This document shows, piece by piece, positions 7,904-17,831 of a stretch of DNA of 19,019 bases. The stretch is from the NCBI GenBank assembly GCA_041640635.1, contig JBEPZX010000022.1:1-19019 (forward strand), read 5' to 3'. Position numbers and translations under genes: made by a program. Source of the DNA: Aquificaceae bacterium (lineage in GTDB: Bacteria > Aquificota > Aquificia > Aquificales > Aquificaceae). The notes beneath the pieces were generated by a model. The model was not told the DNA's origin, searched no databases, and saw only the letters and a list, made by a program, of their open reading frames with translations. Numbering within the stretch: position 1 is the first letter of the stretch; every line of letters starts with the position of its first letter.

Positions 7904-8623
7904 TTAGACCACTAGTTTTTCTAGTTCTCTCTTTTTAAGAATTTCTATATATCCCCTTTCTGTGTTTATGATACCTTGCTTTTTCCACTTGCTCATAACC
8001 CTTATGGTTGTTTCTACGGTAGTTCCTGTCATTTCAGCTATATCCAGTCTGGTTAGAGGCGCGTCTATTACAATTATGTCGTTGTAAGTTTTGCCTATCC
8101 TTTCGGCTATTTCTAGTAGAGCTTTGGCTACTCTTTCTTCTACTTTACCACCTGCTATACTCTTTAGCGTATCGTAAGTTTGAAGCAAACTGGCAGTTGC
8201 TTCGCATGTCATTTTTATGGCTATAGCTGGGTGCTTTATGGCAAGGGTTATAAAGTCCTTGTTGGATATATACAGAGTCCTAGACTCCAAAATGGTTTTT
8301 GCTGTGTAGGTGCTCTTGGGTGTTTTTTTGCCCCACTCAATCCAGCCGAATATGTCCCCAGGATAAACTAGTTTAACTATAACTATACGTGCGTCCTGTG
8401 TTTCCTTTAGGAGTTTTATAAAACCTTCCACCAGTATGTATATGCCAGGTTCCGCCTCTTCTTCAAAGAATACGTACTCGTTCCTTCTAAAGTCTTTAAC
8501 TTGCATGTAATCTATGGCATCTTGTAATTCCTCTTTGCTTAAGTCTTCAAAAAGTGGAACTTTTTTTATAAGTTCTAACTTAAATTCTTTAGATTCCCTC
8601 TCTCTAAGAGTATCTTTTGCCAT
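7904..8623 (-). CDS. Crp/Fnr family transcriptional regulator
   Basis: cNMP-binding-like domain (VPLFEDLS...PGDIFG) and a C-terminal HTH (LTRLDIAEMTGTTVETTIRVMSKWKKQGII). AGGAGGT SD lies within the upstream gene. No FNR-type Cys cluster. Confidence 0.92.
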   Translation of the reverse strand: MAKDTLRERESKEFKLELIKKVPLFEDLSKEELQDAIDYMQVKDFRRNEYVFFEEEAEPGIYILVEGFIKLLKETQDARIVIVKLVYPGDIFGWIEWGKKTPKSTYTAKTILESRTLYISNKDFITLAIKHPAIAIKMTCEATASLLQTYDTLKSIAGGKVEERVAKALLEIAERIGKTYNDIIVIDAPLTRLDIAEMTGTTVETTIRVMSKWKKQGIINTERGYIEILKKRELEKLVV

Positions 8624-9660
8624 CCTTTACCTCCTACTGTAACGTAAGGTTCAAAAACTACGTAATCTGTATGAAAAGGTACTCTATTTGTACCACCAAA
8701 GCCTATATTATCACCTATAGCTATATGTATTGTACCAAGAATTTTTTCAGCTTCCAAGACATTATCCAGCTTTTTAGCTTTTGGGTTCGTACCAATTCCA
8801 AACTCTGCTATATATCTTGCCTTGGGATACTTACTAAAAATACTTTCCAAATAATCTTTGTAGTCCTCCTTACCTTCTATACTTTCAACTAATCCATCTT
8901 TAAATTTTAACCTTATAGGATTTTGTAATTTTCTATCTGGTCCGTAAGTTATACATAAAGTTCCATATGCTGAAGTCTCCATAGGAGCTATAAAAGCTTC
9001 ACCCGCTGGTAAGTTTCCGTAATCTCCCGGATTGTGGAAAAGTCCAGTATCTGCTATACCTTTTCTACCTTCTATGGAAAACTCAACGTCCGTGCCTGAT
9101 TTATCTTTTACATGCACCCAATTAGCTTCTGTGATTATATCTGCTATATCCAAACTCAATTTGGATACATAGTCCCAATCTACATCCATTGGACCTAAAA
9201 ACATGTTGGGATCGAAGAGTGGCATAGAAGCGTATCTAGTTCCAAAGTACTTGGTTAAAACTTTTCTGTAAAAAGTGTGCGTTGTAGAAAAGTAAGCAAA
9301 GGCTACTACACATGTAGGCACGTTTTTTGCCTTCTCTTTAAGAAGACTTACTACTTCTTCTTCCTTGTATTCTTCTTTGTTTATTATTTTCCCAAGCAGT
9401 CCCATTTTGTTTAGTTCTTCTGTGGCTTCTTCTCCAAAGGTTAGAGTCCATATGTCTTGCGTAGGTTCTTTACCATGTCCTTTCAATGATTCATAAGCAT
9501 AAGCTTTTACGTTTTTTGTTACTGTATATGCTGTATTTTCAAACTCTTCCAAAAGCTCCAATAAATAGTTTTTTTCTTTATCTGTCAGTATTAAAAGAGT
9601 GTCCTTTTCGTTGAGATTTAAGTTTACTCTATAAAGATTATGTATGTATTTCTCATACAT
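8575..9660 (-). CDS. Aminopeptidase, M29/aminopeptidase T-like family
   Basis: GNLPAGEAFIAP, IAEFGIGTNP, EAEKILGTIHIAIG and HTD metal-site motifs. Confidence 0.8.
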   Translation of the reverse strand: MYEKYIHNLYRVNLNLNEKDTLLILTDKEKNYLLELLEEFENTAYTVTKNVKAYAYESLKGHGKEPTQDIWTLTFGEEATEELNKMGLLGKIINKEEYKEEEVVSLLKEKAKNVPTCVVAFAYFSTTHTFYRKVLTKYFGTRYASMPLFDPNMFLGPMDVDWDYVSKLSLDIADIITEANWVHVKDKSGTDVEFSIEGRKGIADTGLFHNPGDYGNLPAGEAFIAPMETSAYGTLCITYGPDRKLQNPIRLKFKDGLVESIEGKEDYKDYLESIFSKYPKARYIAEFGIGTNPKAKKLDNVLEAEKILGTIHIAIGDNIGFGGTNRVPFHTDYVVFEPYVTVGGKGWQKILLERGNLKNLS

Positions 9661-9679
9661 ATTTAAAAATTTAATCCTT

Positions 9680-11209
9680 CTATGGAAGAGGCAAACGCAT
9701 AGTACCCAAAAGGTACTTTAGGTCGTTGTCTGTAAATAACAAACCTGCACCGATAAAAGGTCCACGTAGCTTGGCATTTAGTAAATCATCTCCACCTGCC
9801 CTTATATAGAGAGGACCTTTAAACTTATACTCGGCAGCTACTTGTAGGTTCGCTTTTAAGTCCTTGTAGACGTTTTTATAGTCCCTTCTCCCAAAGTCCC
9901 AAATGTCCGATGTAAAAGCCAATCTGTCGTTGTAAATAAAGTCAACACCAATTCCACCTGTAGATTCCTTTAATCCACCCCTTACAACTACTTTTTTTTC
10001 ATCGGTAATTGGGAATATCCTTGCATACTGGAGTGTTAGCTCGGGTTTAAACTCCTTCTTTATTACCACATTGCCGTTGTATTCTTCTTTGGTGTACCTT
10101 CCTCTTGAGTCTCCCACTACTTCCAAAAGGTAGTACTTTTCGTTGTCAGGTTGAAGTTTCACCGTTAAAATACCCTTGGAATCGCCTTCTTTGTAGAGCT
10201 CTCCCCTAAAGCCTACATAAAGGTTTGATCTTTCAGCCACATCGCTAGCCTTAGATATACCTTTTGTAAGTTTTGTAACATTCTGATAAAGTTCATCATC
10301 CTTAATAAGCTTACCTAATGTTCCTTCCCCCCTTTCTATACTTGCAAGTATGTTGTTGAGTTTGTGAGAGCTTTCTTTTAGATTGTTAAAGGTTGCCTGT
10401 ATGTTCTCTTGATTACCTGTTACAAAGCTGTTTATATTTTTTGACATCTCATTTAAGTTATAGCTTAGTTCAGGTAAAGTGATTTTTAAGTCCGAAGACA
10501 CCTGCCTTAAGTTTTCTACAATTACCCTTATGTCTTCTTTGTTTTCCCCAGCTATTTCGTTTAGGTTATTTGCCAGTTTGTCTATAGATGCTATGGTTTG
10601 AGGAAGCGTTTTGTTAAGCATAGCGAGAAGCAGGTTTAGATTTCTTATAGAAGATTTTAGGTTTTCTCTGTTTTCAAGAACCATGAGGTTTAGGTTTTGT
10701 GTAAGAACAGCTAAGTTGTTAGTAATGAGCTTTACACTCTCTCTATTTTCTTCCAAAATGGCTTTTAAGTTCCGTGCGGTTTCTGTTACTTCCTTTATGA
10801 GTAAGTCTGTATCCGCATATCCTCTAACTTGGGTGATGTATGAGCCAGGTTTTAGCTCTTGAACACTAGGTGATCCGGGATGTACAGAGAGGTATTTATC
10901 TCCCATGAGTCCGAGAGTTCCTATTTCGGCGTATGCATCACTATATATTGGTATGTCCTTTTGTACTTCGAATATTACTTCTACTCTACCTTTTTCAATT
11001 TTTATGTCCCTTACCTTTCCTGCCTTTACTCCAGCTAATCTAACCTCTGCACCCTTGGAAAGTCCTGCGACATTATCAAATACAGCAATGTACTTTTTAG
11101 TAGCTTCCTTGAATATAGGTACCTCCCCAAAGGTTAATATCACGAAAGCAAACGCTAATGCTACTGCAACAACAAAAGCCCCCACTTTAGTTTCTGTAGT
11201 TAGTTTCAT
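9680..11209 (-). CDS. MlaD/MCE-domain protein with a long helical region and beta-rich C-terminus
   Basis: ETKVGAFV plus TM helix; FDNVAGLSKGAEVRLAGVKAGKV and GLMGDKYLSVHPG MCE motifs; GEGTLGKLIKDDELY. Confidence 0.9.
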   Translation of the reverse strand: MKLTTETKVGAFVVAVALAFAFVILTFGEVPIFKEATKKYIAVFDNVAGLSKGAEVRLAGVKAGKVRDIKIEKGRVEVIFEVQKDIPIYSDAYAEIGTLGLMGDKYLSVHPGSPSVQELKPGSYITQVRGYADTDLLIKEVTETARNLKAILEENRESVKLITNNLAVLTQNLNLMVLENRENLKSSIRNLNLLLAMLNKTLPQTIASIDKLANNLNEIAGENKEDIRVIVENLRQVSSDLKITLPELSYNLNEMSKNINSFVTGNQENIQATFNNLKESSHKLNNILASIERGEGTLGKLIKDDELYQNVTKLTKGISKASDVAERSNLYVGFRGELYKEGDSKGILTVKLQPDNEKYYLLEVVGDSRGRYTKEEYNGNVVIKKEFKPELTLQYARIFPITDEKKVVVRGGLKESTGGIGVDFIYNDRLAFTSDIWDFGRRDYKNVYKDLKANLQVAAEYKFKGPLYIRAGGDDLLNAKLRGPFIGAGLLFTDNDLKYLLGTMRLPLP

Positions 11210-11226
11210 ACTTTATAATTTTAAAC

Positions 11227-12666
11227 ATGATTTGGGAAAAATCATCTTACGAAATTTCCAATCTCGTAAAAAGTGGTGAAGTAAAAGCTAGTGAAGTTAT
11301 AGAAAGCTTTTTTAGGCTCTTTGAAAAAACAGAAAACAAGATAAAAGCTTTCATAACTCCTTTATATGAGATAGCCTACAATCAAGCTAAACAAATGGAA
11401 AATAAAAAAGAAGGTAAGCTTTTAGGTGTCCCTATTGCTATAAAAGATAATATAAACATCAAAGGCATAAAAACTACATGTGCATCAAGGATACTCGAAA
11501 ACTTTGTATCTCCGTATGATGCTACTGTTATAGAAAGGCTCAGAAAGGAAGGAGCTTTGTTTGTTGGTAAAACCAATATGGATGAGTTTGCAATGGGTTC
11601 CTCGACAGAATACTCTGCCTTCTTTCCTACAAGAAATCCATGGGATACACAGAGAGTTCCAGGTGGTTCATCAGGAGGGTCTGCTGCTAGCGTGGCTGCT
11701 TTGCAAGTTCCTGTTTCTTTAGGTTCAGATACAGGTGGTTCTATTCGTCAACCTGCATCCTTCTGCGGTGTTATCGGGCTAAAGCCCACCTATGGAAGGG
11801 TTTCTAGATACGGTCTTGTAGCCTTTGCATCTTCTCTTGATCAAATTGGACCTTTTGCCAGAAAGACAGAAGACATCGCTCTTTTGATGGAAGTTATATC
11901 AGGTTACGATCCAAAAGATTCCACATCAGCAAAAGTAGAAGTTCCAAACTACTTGGAGGAGATGAAGAAAGACGTAAGAGGCTTAAAAATCGGTATTCCA
12001 AAGGAGTTTTTCGATTATCCCATTCAAAAGGAAGTAAAGGAAGCTTTTGACAAGTTTTTAAAATTTTTTGAATCCATAGGTTGTTCTATAGTAGAAGTTT
12101 CTCTACCGTACATCAGATACTCCATACCTGTTTACTACATAGTGGCTCCTTCTGAAGCATCTTCCAACTTAGCAAGATACGATGGAATCAGATACGGCTA
12201 TAGAACAAAGGATTACACAGATCTGTATTCCCTTTATGCAAAGACTAGGGATGAAGGTTTCGGGCAAGAGGTAAAGAGAAGGATTATGCTCGGGACTTTT
12301 GCGCTTTCTACTGGTTACTACGATGCTTACTACCTAAAAGCTATGAAAGTTAGGAATTTGATTAAGATGGACTTTGATAAAGCATTTGAAAGCGTGGATG
12401 TAATAGCAAGTCCTACCACTCCTACAGCGGCTTTTAAGTTTGGAGAAAAAACACAAGACCCCATACAGATGTATCTTTCGGATATTTTCACCGTTTCTGT
12501 AAACTTGGCAGGTCTTCCCGCCATATCCATACCCATAGGAATGGATGGCAACCTGCCTATAGGTGGGCAACTTATTGGAAAGCCTTTTGATGAAGATATA
12601 CTTTTGAGGTTTTCCTACACGTGGGAAAGCGAATATAAACACTACGAACTTTTGCCTCCGTTATGA
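11227..12666 (+). CDS. gatA: Asp/Glu-tRNA amidotransferase subunit A
   Basis: GKTNMDEFAMGSSTE, PGGSSGGS, GSDTGGSIRQPA and EVKRRIMLGT amidase-signature motifs. Confidence 0.97.
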   Translation: MIWEKSSYEISNLVKSGEVKASEVIESFFRLFEKTENKIKAFITPLYEIAYNQAKQMENKKEGKLLGVPIAIKDNINIKGIKTTCASRILENFVSPYDATVIERLRKEGALFVGKTNMDEFAMGSSTEYSAFFPTRNPWDTQRVPGGSSGGSAASVAALQVPVSLGSDTGGSIRQPASFCGVIGLKPTYGRVSRYGLVAFASSLDQIGPFARKTEDIALLMEVISGYDPKDSTSAKVEVPNYLEEMKKDVRGLKIGIPKEFFDYPIQKEVKEAFDKFLKFFESIGCSIVEVSLPYIRYSIPVYYIVAPSEASSNLARYDGIRYGYRTKDYTDLYSLYAKTRDEGFGQEVKRRIMLGTFALSTGYYDAYYLKAMKVRNLIKMDFDKAFESVDVIASPTTPTAAFKFGEKTQDPIQMYLSDIFTVSVNLAGLPAISIPIGMDGNLPIGGQLIGKPFDEDILLRFSYTWESEYKHYELLPPL

Positions 12667-13226
12667 AAGTTTTTTCTTTGGATACTTCCTTTTCCACTGT
12701 TAATTTTTCCGTTATAGAGGATGGGAAGCTGGTGTTTTTGTATTACAAGGAACACACAGAAAAACTTTTGCAAATTCTACCCGATGTTTTTAAAAGTTAC
12801 GGTGTGAATCTAGAGGATTTTGACGCATATGCCGTTTCTATAGGCATAGGTTATGCAACACCTTTGAGGATTGGTGTGACTTTTATGAAAACGATAGCGT
12901 ATTTGCAACAAAAGCCTCTGATTCCCTTTGAGAATCTAAGTACGATGCTTTTGTTTTCTGGACGCAAGGACACAAACTGTGCCATGCTAAAGGTCAGCAA
13001 TAAAGTTTTTTACAGAGAACTAAACGAAAACGGCTTTTCGGATATAAAACTTTTAAAGGAGCCTGTCAAAAACTGTGTGTGTTTGAAAAATCAATTGGAA
13101 TGTGATAAAGCTCTGGACTTTTTTCCATTCTCTGTATACGGTGGTCTTTGGGCTTACAAAAAGCTTCTTCAGGGCGACAAAGGTGAGGAGCTCTTTAAGA
13201 TAGAACCTATAGAGGTCAAGCAATGA
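12663..13226 (+). CDS. tsaB: tRNA t6A biosynthesis protein TsaB-like (divergent)
   Basis: LDTS N-terminus, H(TE)KL, and AVSIGIGYATPLRIG resembling GPGSFTGLRIG; ATGA overlap with gatA. Confidence 0.7.
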   Translation: MKVFSLDTSFSTVNFSVIEDGKLVFLYYKEHTEKLLQILPDVFKSYGVNLEDFDAYAVSIGIGYATPLRIGVTFMKTIAYLQQKPLIPFENLSTMLLFSGRKDTNCAMLKVSNKVFYRELNENGFSDIKLLKEPVKNCVCLKNQLECDKALDFFPFSVYGGLWAYKKLLQGDKGEELFKIEPIEVKQ

Positions 13227-13553
13227 TTAGCTAACTTTTGCACCTTCTTTTATATCCTTTTCTGGGATTAGTAAAGACATACTTTCGCCGTCGGAAACCG
13301 CCAATACCATACCTTGAGATTCTATACCAAAGAGTTTACGCGGTTTTAGATTGGCAAGCATAATAATCTTTTTTCCTATAAGCTCATCTGGTGTGTAATG
13401 CTTGGCTATTCCTGCAACCAATGTTCTTTCTTCCTCACCGAGAGAGACCTTTAGCTTAATGAGCTTATCCGAGCCTTCTACTTTTTCAGCAGAGAGTATC
13501 TTGGCAAGCCTTAAGTCCAATTTAAGAAAGTCTTCTATACCTATAAGTTCCAT
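13227..13553 (-). CDS. Stand-alone OB-fold tRNA-binding protein (Trbp111 / MetRS C-terminal-like)
   Basis: IGIEDFLKLDLR...VAGIAKHY...ANLKPRKLFGIESQGMVLA; 108 aa; closely resembles Aquifex Trbp111. Confidence 0.9.
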   Translation of the reverse strand: MELIGIEDFLKLDLRLAKILSAEKVEGSDKLIKLKVSLGEEERTLVAGIAKHYTPDELIGKKIIMLANLKPRKLFGIESQGMVLAVSDGESMSLLIPEKDIKEGAKVS

Positions 13554-13554
13554 A

Positions 13555-13764
13555 TCAGCACTGGCATTCTCTTATTCCGAGTTTTCTATAGAAGGTTATA
13601 ACCGGACACCATCCTGTGAAAGCTGATTGTATCTGATTTATAGACATAAAGGCTATAAAAACCTTCCAAAACCAATGTATATCTGAAGGGAGTATTGCTA
13701 CCAAAAATACTAGAAGTAAGACACTTCCAGAAGTTAGTCTTAAGACTTTATCCATTGTCATCAT
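13555..13764 (-). CDS. Small membrane protein, YgaP/DUF2892-like
   Basis: Two hydrophobic segments and a QSAFTGWCP...LG motif. Confidence 0.8.
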   Translation of the reverse strand: MMTMDKVLRLTSGSVLLLVFLVAILPSDIHWFWKVFIAFMSINQIQSAFTGWCPVITFYRKLGIRECQC

Positions 13765-13780
13765 AGTATATTATTATAGC

Positions 13781-14434
13781 ATGATTCCGATAAAAGACAT
13801 AAATCCAAGCAAAGGCTTTCCTATAGTAAATTTAATCATCATAGTCATTTGCTCCATTGTATGGCTTTACGAAATTTCTCTCAATGAATCTGAGATGAAT
13901 CGTTTCTTTTACTTCTTTGGGCTAGTTCCAGCTAATGTTTTTTCTCAGCCTTATACGCTTCTTTCCCATATGTTTTTGCACGGGAGCTGGCTACATGTTA
14001 TTGGGAATATGTGGTTTCTTTGGGTATTTGGTGATAACGTGGAAGATAGATTGGGGAAAATTAGATACTTAATGTTGTACCTTATTTCCGGATTAGGCGC
14101 AGCTATTATTCAGATGATAGTTAGTCTCATATTGGGTGGTGCGAATGTCCCTATGGTGGGAGCTAGCGGTGCAATAAGCGGTGTTCTGGGTGCATATCTT
14201 TGGCTTTTCCCGCATGCTAGGATACTAGCTTTAGTTCCTATATTCATATTTTTTACATTTATGGAGTTACCAGCTATGTTGTTTATAGGAATGTGGATTT
14301 TCTTTCAAGTGATAAATGGATTGCTTACGTTACCTTTTGCGCACATGGGTGGTGTTGCTTGGTTTGCACACATAGGTGGTTTCTTTGTTGGGTATGGTGT
14401 TGTAAAGAAACTTTATAGAAGATGGTGGCTATAA
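13781..14434 (+). CDS. Rhomboid family intramembrane serine protease
   Basis: HMFLHGSWLHVIGNM, GASGA catalytic Ser and AHIGG catalytic His. Confidence 0.95.
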   Translation: MIPIKDINPSKGFPIVNLIIIVICSIVWLYEISLNESEMNRFFYFFGLVPANVFSQPYTLLSHMFLHGSWLHVIGNMWFLWVFGDNVEDRLGKIRYLMLYLISGLGAAIIQMIVSLILGGANVPMVGASGAISGVLGAYLWLFPHARILALVPIFIFFTFMELPAMLFIGMWIFFQVINGLLTLPFAHMGGVAWFAHIGGFFVGYGVVKKLYRRWWL

Positions 14435-15408
14435 TTGTATTTATTTCACTTCTTGCAATATTGACTTTCATCGAGGTTATTGTGCTTAAGTATTTATCTA
14501 GATACAAGTCATTAAGGTTTCTAATTAAGGCTGTAAAAATACCTTCTATCCTAATATTGCCAGTTATAGCCTTTTATTCGAGTATTCCCTTTATTTCGTT
14601 AGATGAGAAAGATATACACTTACTGAAAAAGATAACAGATTCCGTACTTATATTAGGCATAACCCTCTTAGTTGCAAATCTAGTTATAGTAATGCTAAGT
14701 AATTATGCGAGCAAAGCAAGCATCCCAGTTCCATCTACGGGTTTAATTTTCAACATAATAAGAGCGTCCATTTTGCTCTTAGGGATATTTACCATACTGA
14801 GTTATAACGGTGTGCCAATCTTACACCTTATTACTACGCTAGGTATCGGAGCTTTGGCTATCTCTTTGGCGCTTCAACCAACCTTGTCCAATTTTTTTGC
14901 GGGGCTAAACTTGCTTGTATCTGGTTACATAAAAGTTGGTGATTATATCATCTTGGAAAATGATTACGAAGGTTATGTAAAAGACATAACATGGATGAAC
15001 ACTGTTTTATTAACTAGAACAAACGCACTAATAATAGTGCCAAACTCGAGATTAACTGCTTCCATAGTAAGGAATCATACAAAACCAGATCCAAGTTTAA
15101 ATGTAGTTGTTCCAGTAGGTGTGTCTTATGAGTCTGACTTGGAAAAGGTTGAAAGAGTAACCGTTGAAGTTGCAAAGAAGATTCAGAAATCTTTCGACGT
15201 AGCAGATCCTGAATTTGAACCTTTTATTAGATATACAGCCTTTTCTGACAGCTCCATAAACTTCAATGTGATACTTAGATCAAAACATCCTGATGGTCAG
15301 TTTTTGATAAGGCACGAGTTCATAAAGATGCTTAAAGAAGCTTACGAAAAAGAGGGTATACAAATTCCATATCCACAAAGGGTGGTTTATATAAAGAATA
15401 ATTCCTAA
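14422..15408 (+). CDS. Small-conductance mechanosensitive channel family protein
   Basis: LGIGALAISLALQPTLSNFFAG, VGDYI, IVPNS, VGVSYESD and GIQIPYPQR motifs. Confidence 0.93.
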   Translation: MVAIIVFISLLAILTFIEVIVLKYLSRYKSLRFLIKAVKIPSILILPVIAFYSSIPFISLDEKDIHLLKKITDSVLILGITLLVANLVIVMLSNYASKASIPVPSTGLIFNIIRASILLLGIFTILSYNGVPILHLITTLGIGALAISLALQPTLSNFFAGLNLLVSGYIKVGDYIILENDYEGYVKDITWMNTVLLTRTNALIIVPNSRLTASIVRNHTKPDPSLNVVVPVGVSYESDLEKVERVTVEVAKKIQKSFDVADPEFEPFIRYTAFSDSSINFNVILRSKHPDGQFLIRHEFIKMLKEAYEKEGIQIPYPQRVVYIKNNS

Positions 15409-15968
15409 ATTCTAACCGCAGTTCCGGTATACATAACTTTTGATACTATACTCTTCTCGTCTCCGTAACTGCTAGTTGTCATTTTTAAGTCTATAATACA
15501 ATTTACTCCAAGCTCAAGTGCCTTTGTCATAATATCAAGTAATGCCTCTTTTTCTGTTAATTCAAATTCAAGACTATTTGATGCTGCTATGTTTGAAATA
15601 CCAACAACAGTTCCTTTTACTTCTTTGATTTCTTTAGGAAGAATGGAACCTGATGTAACGATTAATATCCGTCGCTTCAAGTTCTGGATTTCTTTGTCTA
15701 GTTCTTCCAGCCTTCTTGTGTTAATGATAGCATTGAATATATGTTTTAAAATTGCTGCTGCGAAAAATGAAAATATAGATAAAAATATAAATATTGGAAG
15801 TACCTTGCGTTGCATAATATCTATAGGAAATACCTTTTCTAGTATATCGATCTCCATTAATTCTAGGAGTTCGGACAACAACGTAATAAAAACCATTACT
15901 ATAAAAGCTAAGATTAAGATAAATAGATATAGATCAATTATACGACTTATAAACATAATCCACCTCAT
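15405..15968 (-). CDS. Membrane protein with two N-terminal TM segments, a coiled coil and a C-terminal YbjQ/UPF0145-like domain
   Basis: The C-terminus EKEALLDIMTKALELGVNCIIDLK...YTGTAVRI resembles the YbjQ pattern. The start may be 15968 or 15956. Confidence 0.6.
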   Translation of the reverse strand: MRWIMFISRIIDLYLFILILAFIVMVFITLLSELLELMEIDILEKVFPIDIMQRKVLPIFIFLSIFSFFAAAILKHIFNAIINTRRLEELDKEIQNLKRRILIVTSGSILPKEIKEVKGTVVGISNIAASNSLEFELTEKEALLDIMTKALELGVNCIIDLKMTTSSYGDEKSIVSKVMYTGTAVRI

Positions 15969-16077
15969 CCTTCCAAACCCTCTACTCCTTTTAAAGACCC
16001 TCTTAGCAAATAGCTAACAACTAAAAACAATAATAGTATAAACACAAAAAGTTAAGTGTATGAATATATTTAACCTT

Positions 16078-17124
16078 ATGCGTGTTGCTGTAGGAATGAG
16101 TGGAGGTGTGGACAGCAGTGTAGCTGCACTTCTTATGAAAGAAAAAGGGTATGAGGTAATAGGTGTTACTCTTCGTTTTCACAAACAAGAGTGCGAAAAT
16201 GAAGAAAGAGTATGCTGTTCACCTCAGGATGTTCAAGATGCAGCGAAGGTTTCTCAAATCTTGGGAATACCACACATAACCTTAGATTGGGAAGAAATTT
16301 TTAAGAAACGTGTAATAGACAAGTTTGTGAAAGGTTATTCCCAAGGCATAACACCAAATCCCTGCGCCATATGCAACAGAGATGTAAAAACTGGCTTGCT
16401 TGCAAATTACTTAAAAAAGGTTGCAAACGTAGACAAACTGGTAACTGGGCATTATGCAAGGATATCCTATTACAAAGGATACAAACTTATAGCAAAAGGA
16501 AAAGACACAAGGAAAGACCAGTCTTATTTTCTGGCTCTAATAAGGGCTGAAGATATAGATTTACTTGAGTTTCCGTTAGGTGATCTAACAAAAGAAGAGG
16601 TGAGGAAAATAGCGCAGGAACATAAACTTCCTGTAGCTCAAAAACAAGAATCTCAGGACGTTTGCTTTTTAAGAGGTAAATCGATAAGTGAATTTTTGAA
16701 ACAGTTTTTAGAAGAGAAAGAGGGCTTCTTCATATACAAAAATCAAGTGGTAGGTAAGCATAAAGGTGTATTTAACTACACTACTGGACAAAGAAAGGGA
16801 TTAGGTGTGGCGTTGGGAAAGCCTGTTTACGTCATAGATATAGACCCAGTAAATAATGTAGTGTATTTGGGAGACGAGGGAGAGTTATTGAGTCATACTA
16901 TAACTCTAAAGGATATAAATGCTCACCTTCCTATTGAGTATTGGGGTGAAGTCTACGTTCAGGTAAGATACAAAAGCAGACTGGTCAAAGTGAAAGACAT
17001 TCTAAAGGAAAAGGGTAGCTATAAGGTAATTTTAGAAAGTCCAATTAGTAATATAACACCTGGGCAAGTTTGTGCCTTTTATGAAGGGGATTACCTTTTA
17101 GGAGGTGGCATAATAGAGAAATGA
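16078..17124 (+). CDS. mnmA: tRNA 2-thiouridylase MnmA
   Basis: MRVAVGMSGGVDSS PP-loop, TPNPC, TGHYA, KDQSYFL, ESQDVCF, GQRKGLG and PGQ. Start 16078 preferred over 16060. Confidence 0.96.
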   Translation: MRVAVGMSGGVDSSVAALLMKEKGYEVIGVTLRFHKQECENEERVCCSPQDVQDAAKVSQILGIPHITLDWEEIFKKRVIDKFVKGYSQGITPNPCAICNRDVKTGLLANYLKKVANVDKLVTGHYARISYYKGYKLIAKGKDTRKDQSYFLALIRAEDIDLLEFPLGDLTKEEVRKIAQEHKLPVAQKQESQDVCFLRGKSISEFLKQFLEEKEGFFIYKNQVVGKHKGVFNYTTGQRKGLGVALGKPVYVIDIDPVNNVVYLGDEGELLSHTITLKDINAHLPIEYWGEVYVQVRYKSRLVKVKDILKEKGSYKVILESPISNITPGQVCAFYEGDYLLGGGIIEK

Positions 17125-17831
17125 TAGTGTATGGCAAAAACCCAGTAATAGAGGCTTTAAGGGCGCAAAAAGACATAGAAAAGATTTTGGTAGCGCACGA
17201 CAGCCATCCACCTTATCAAGTAACAAAACTTTGTCAAAAAAGAGGTATAAAACTACAGAAAGTTCCCAGAAATAGGATAGAAGAGTTAGCGGGAACTAAA
17301 AAAACACAAGGTATACTGGCAATAATTAGTCCCGTTTCTTACGTGTCTGATGTAGAACTTTACAAGGAAGTAATTGAAAGAAAAAGCTTTTTCTTGATTT
17401 TAGACCACATAACGGACCCGCAAAACGTGGGAAACTTACTCAGAACATGCGAAGTTCTTGGAGGTATCGGTGCTATCTTGCCTAAGGATAGGTCTTCACC
17501 AATAAACGAAACAGTTGTAAAGGCTTCTGCAGGTGCCGTATTTCACTTACGGCTATCTAAGGTTCCTAGTATACCAAAGAGTATTGAAAACTTTAAAAAG
17601 ATGGGAGGCTGGGTAGTGGTAGTAGAGAAGGGGGGAAAGGATATAAGAAATACTTCTATACCTACTCCGTGTGCGTTAGTTTTAGGTTCCGAAGGTGAAG
17701 GTGTATCAAAAAGCTTAATGGAAAGAGCCGACATTATAGTAAGCATACCCATGGAAGGCAAGATTACCTCTTTGAATGTCTCATCTGCAGGTGCTATAGC
17801 TATGTGGGAATTGTATAGGAGTATGAAATGA
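17121..17831 (+). CDS. rlmB: 23S rRNA Gm2251 methyltransferase (TrmH/SpoU family)
   Basis: YGKNPVIEAL, LDHITDPQNVGNLLR, LGSEGEG, and IPMEGKITSLNVS. Confidence 0.9.
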   Translation: MIVYGKNPVIEALRAQKDIEKILVAHDSHPPYQVTKLCQKRGIKLQKVPRNRIEELAGTKKTQGILAIISPVSYVSDVELYKEVIERKSFFLILDHITDPQNVGNLLRTCEVLGGIGAILPKDRSSPINETVVKASAGAVFHLRLSKVPSIPKSIENFKKMGGWVVVVEKGGKDIRNTSIPTPCALVLGSEGEGVSKSLMERADIIVSIPMEGKITSLNVSSAGAIAMWELYRSMK

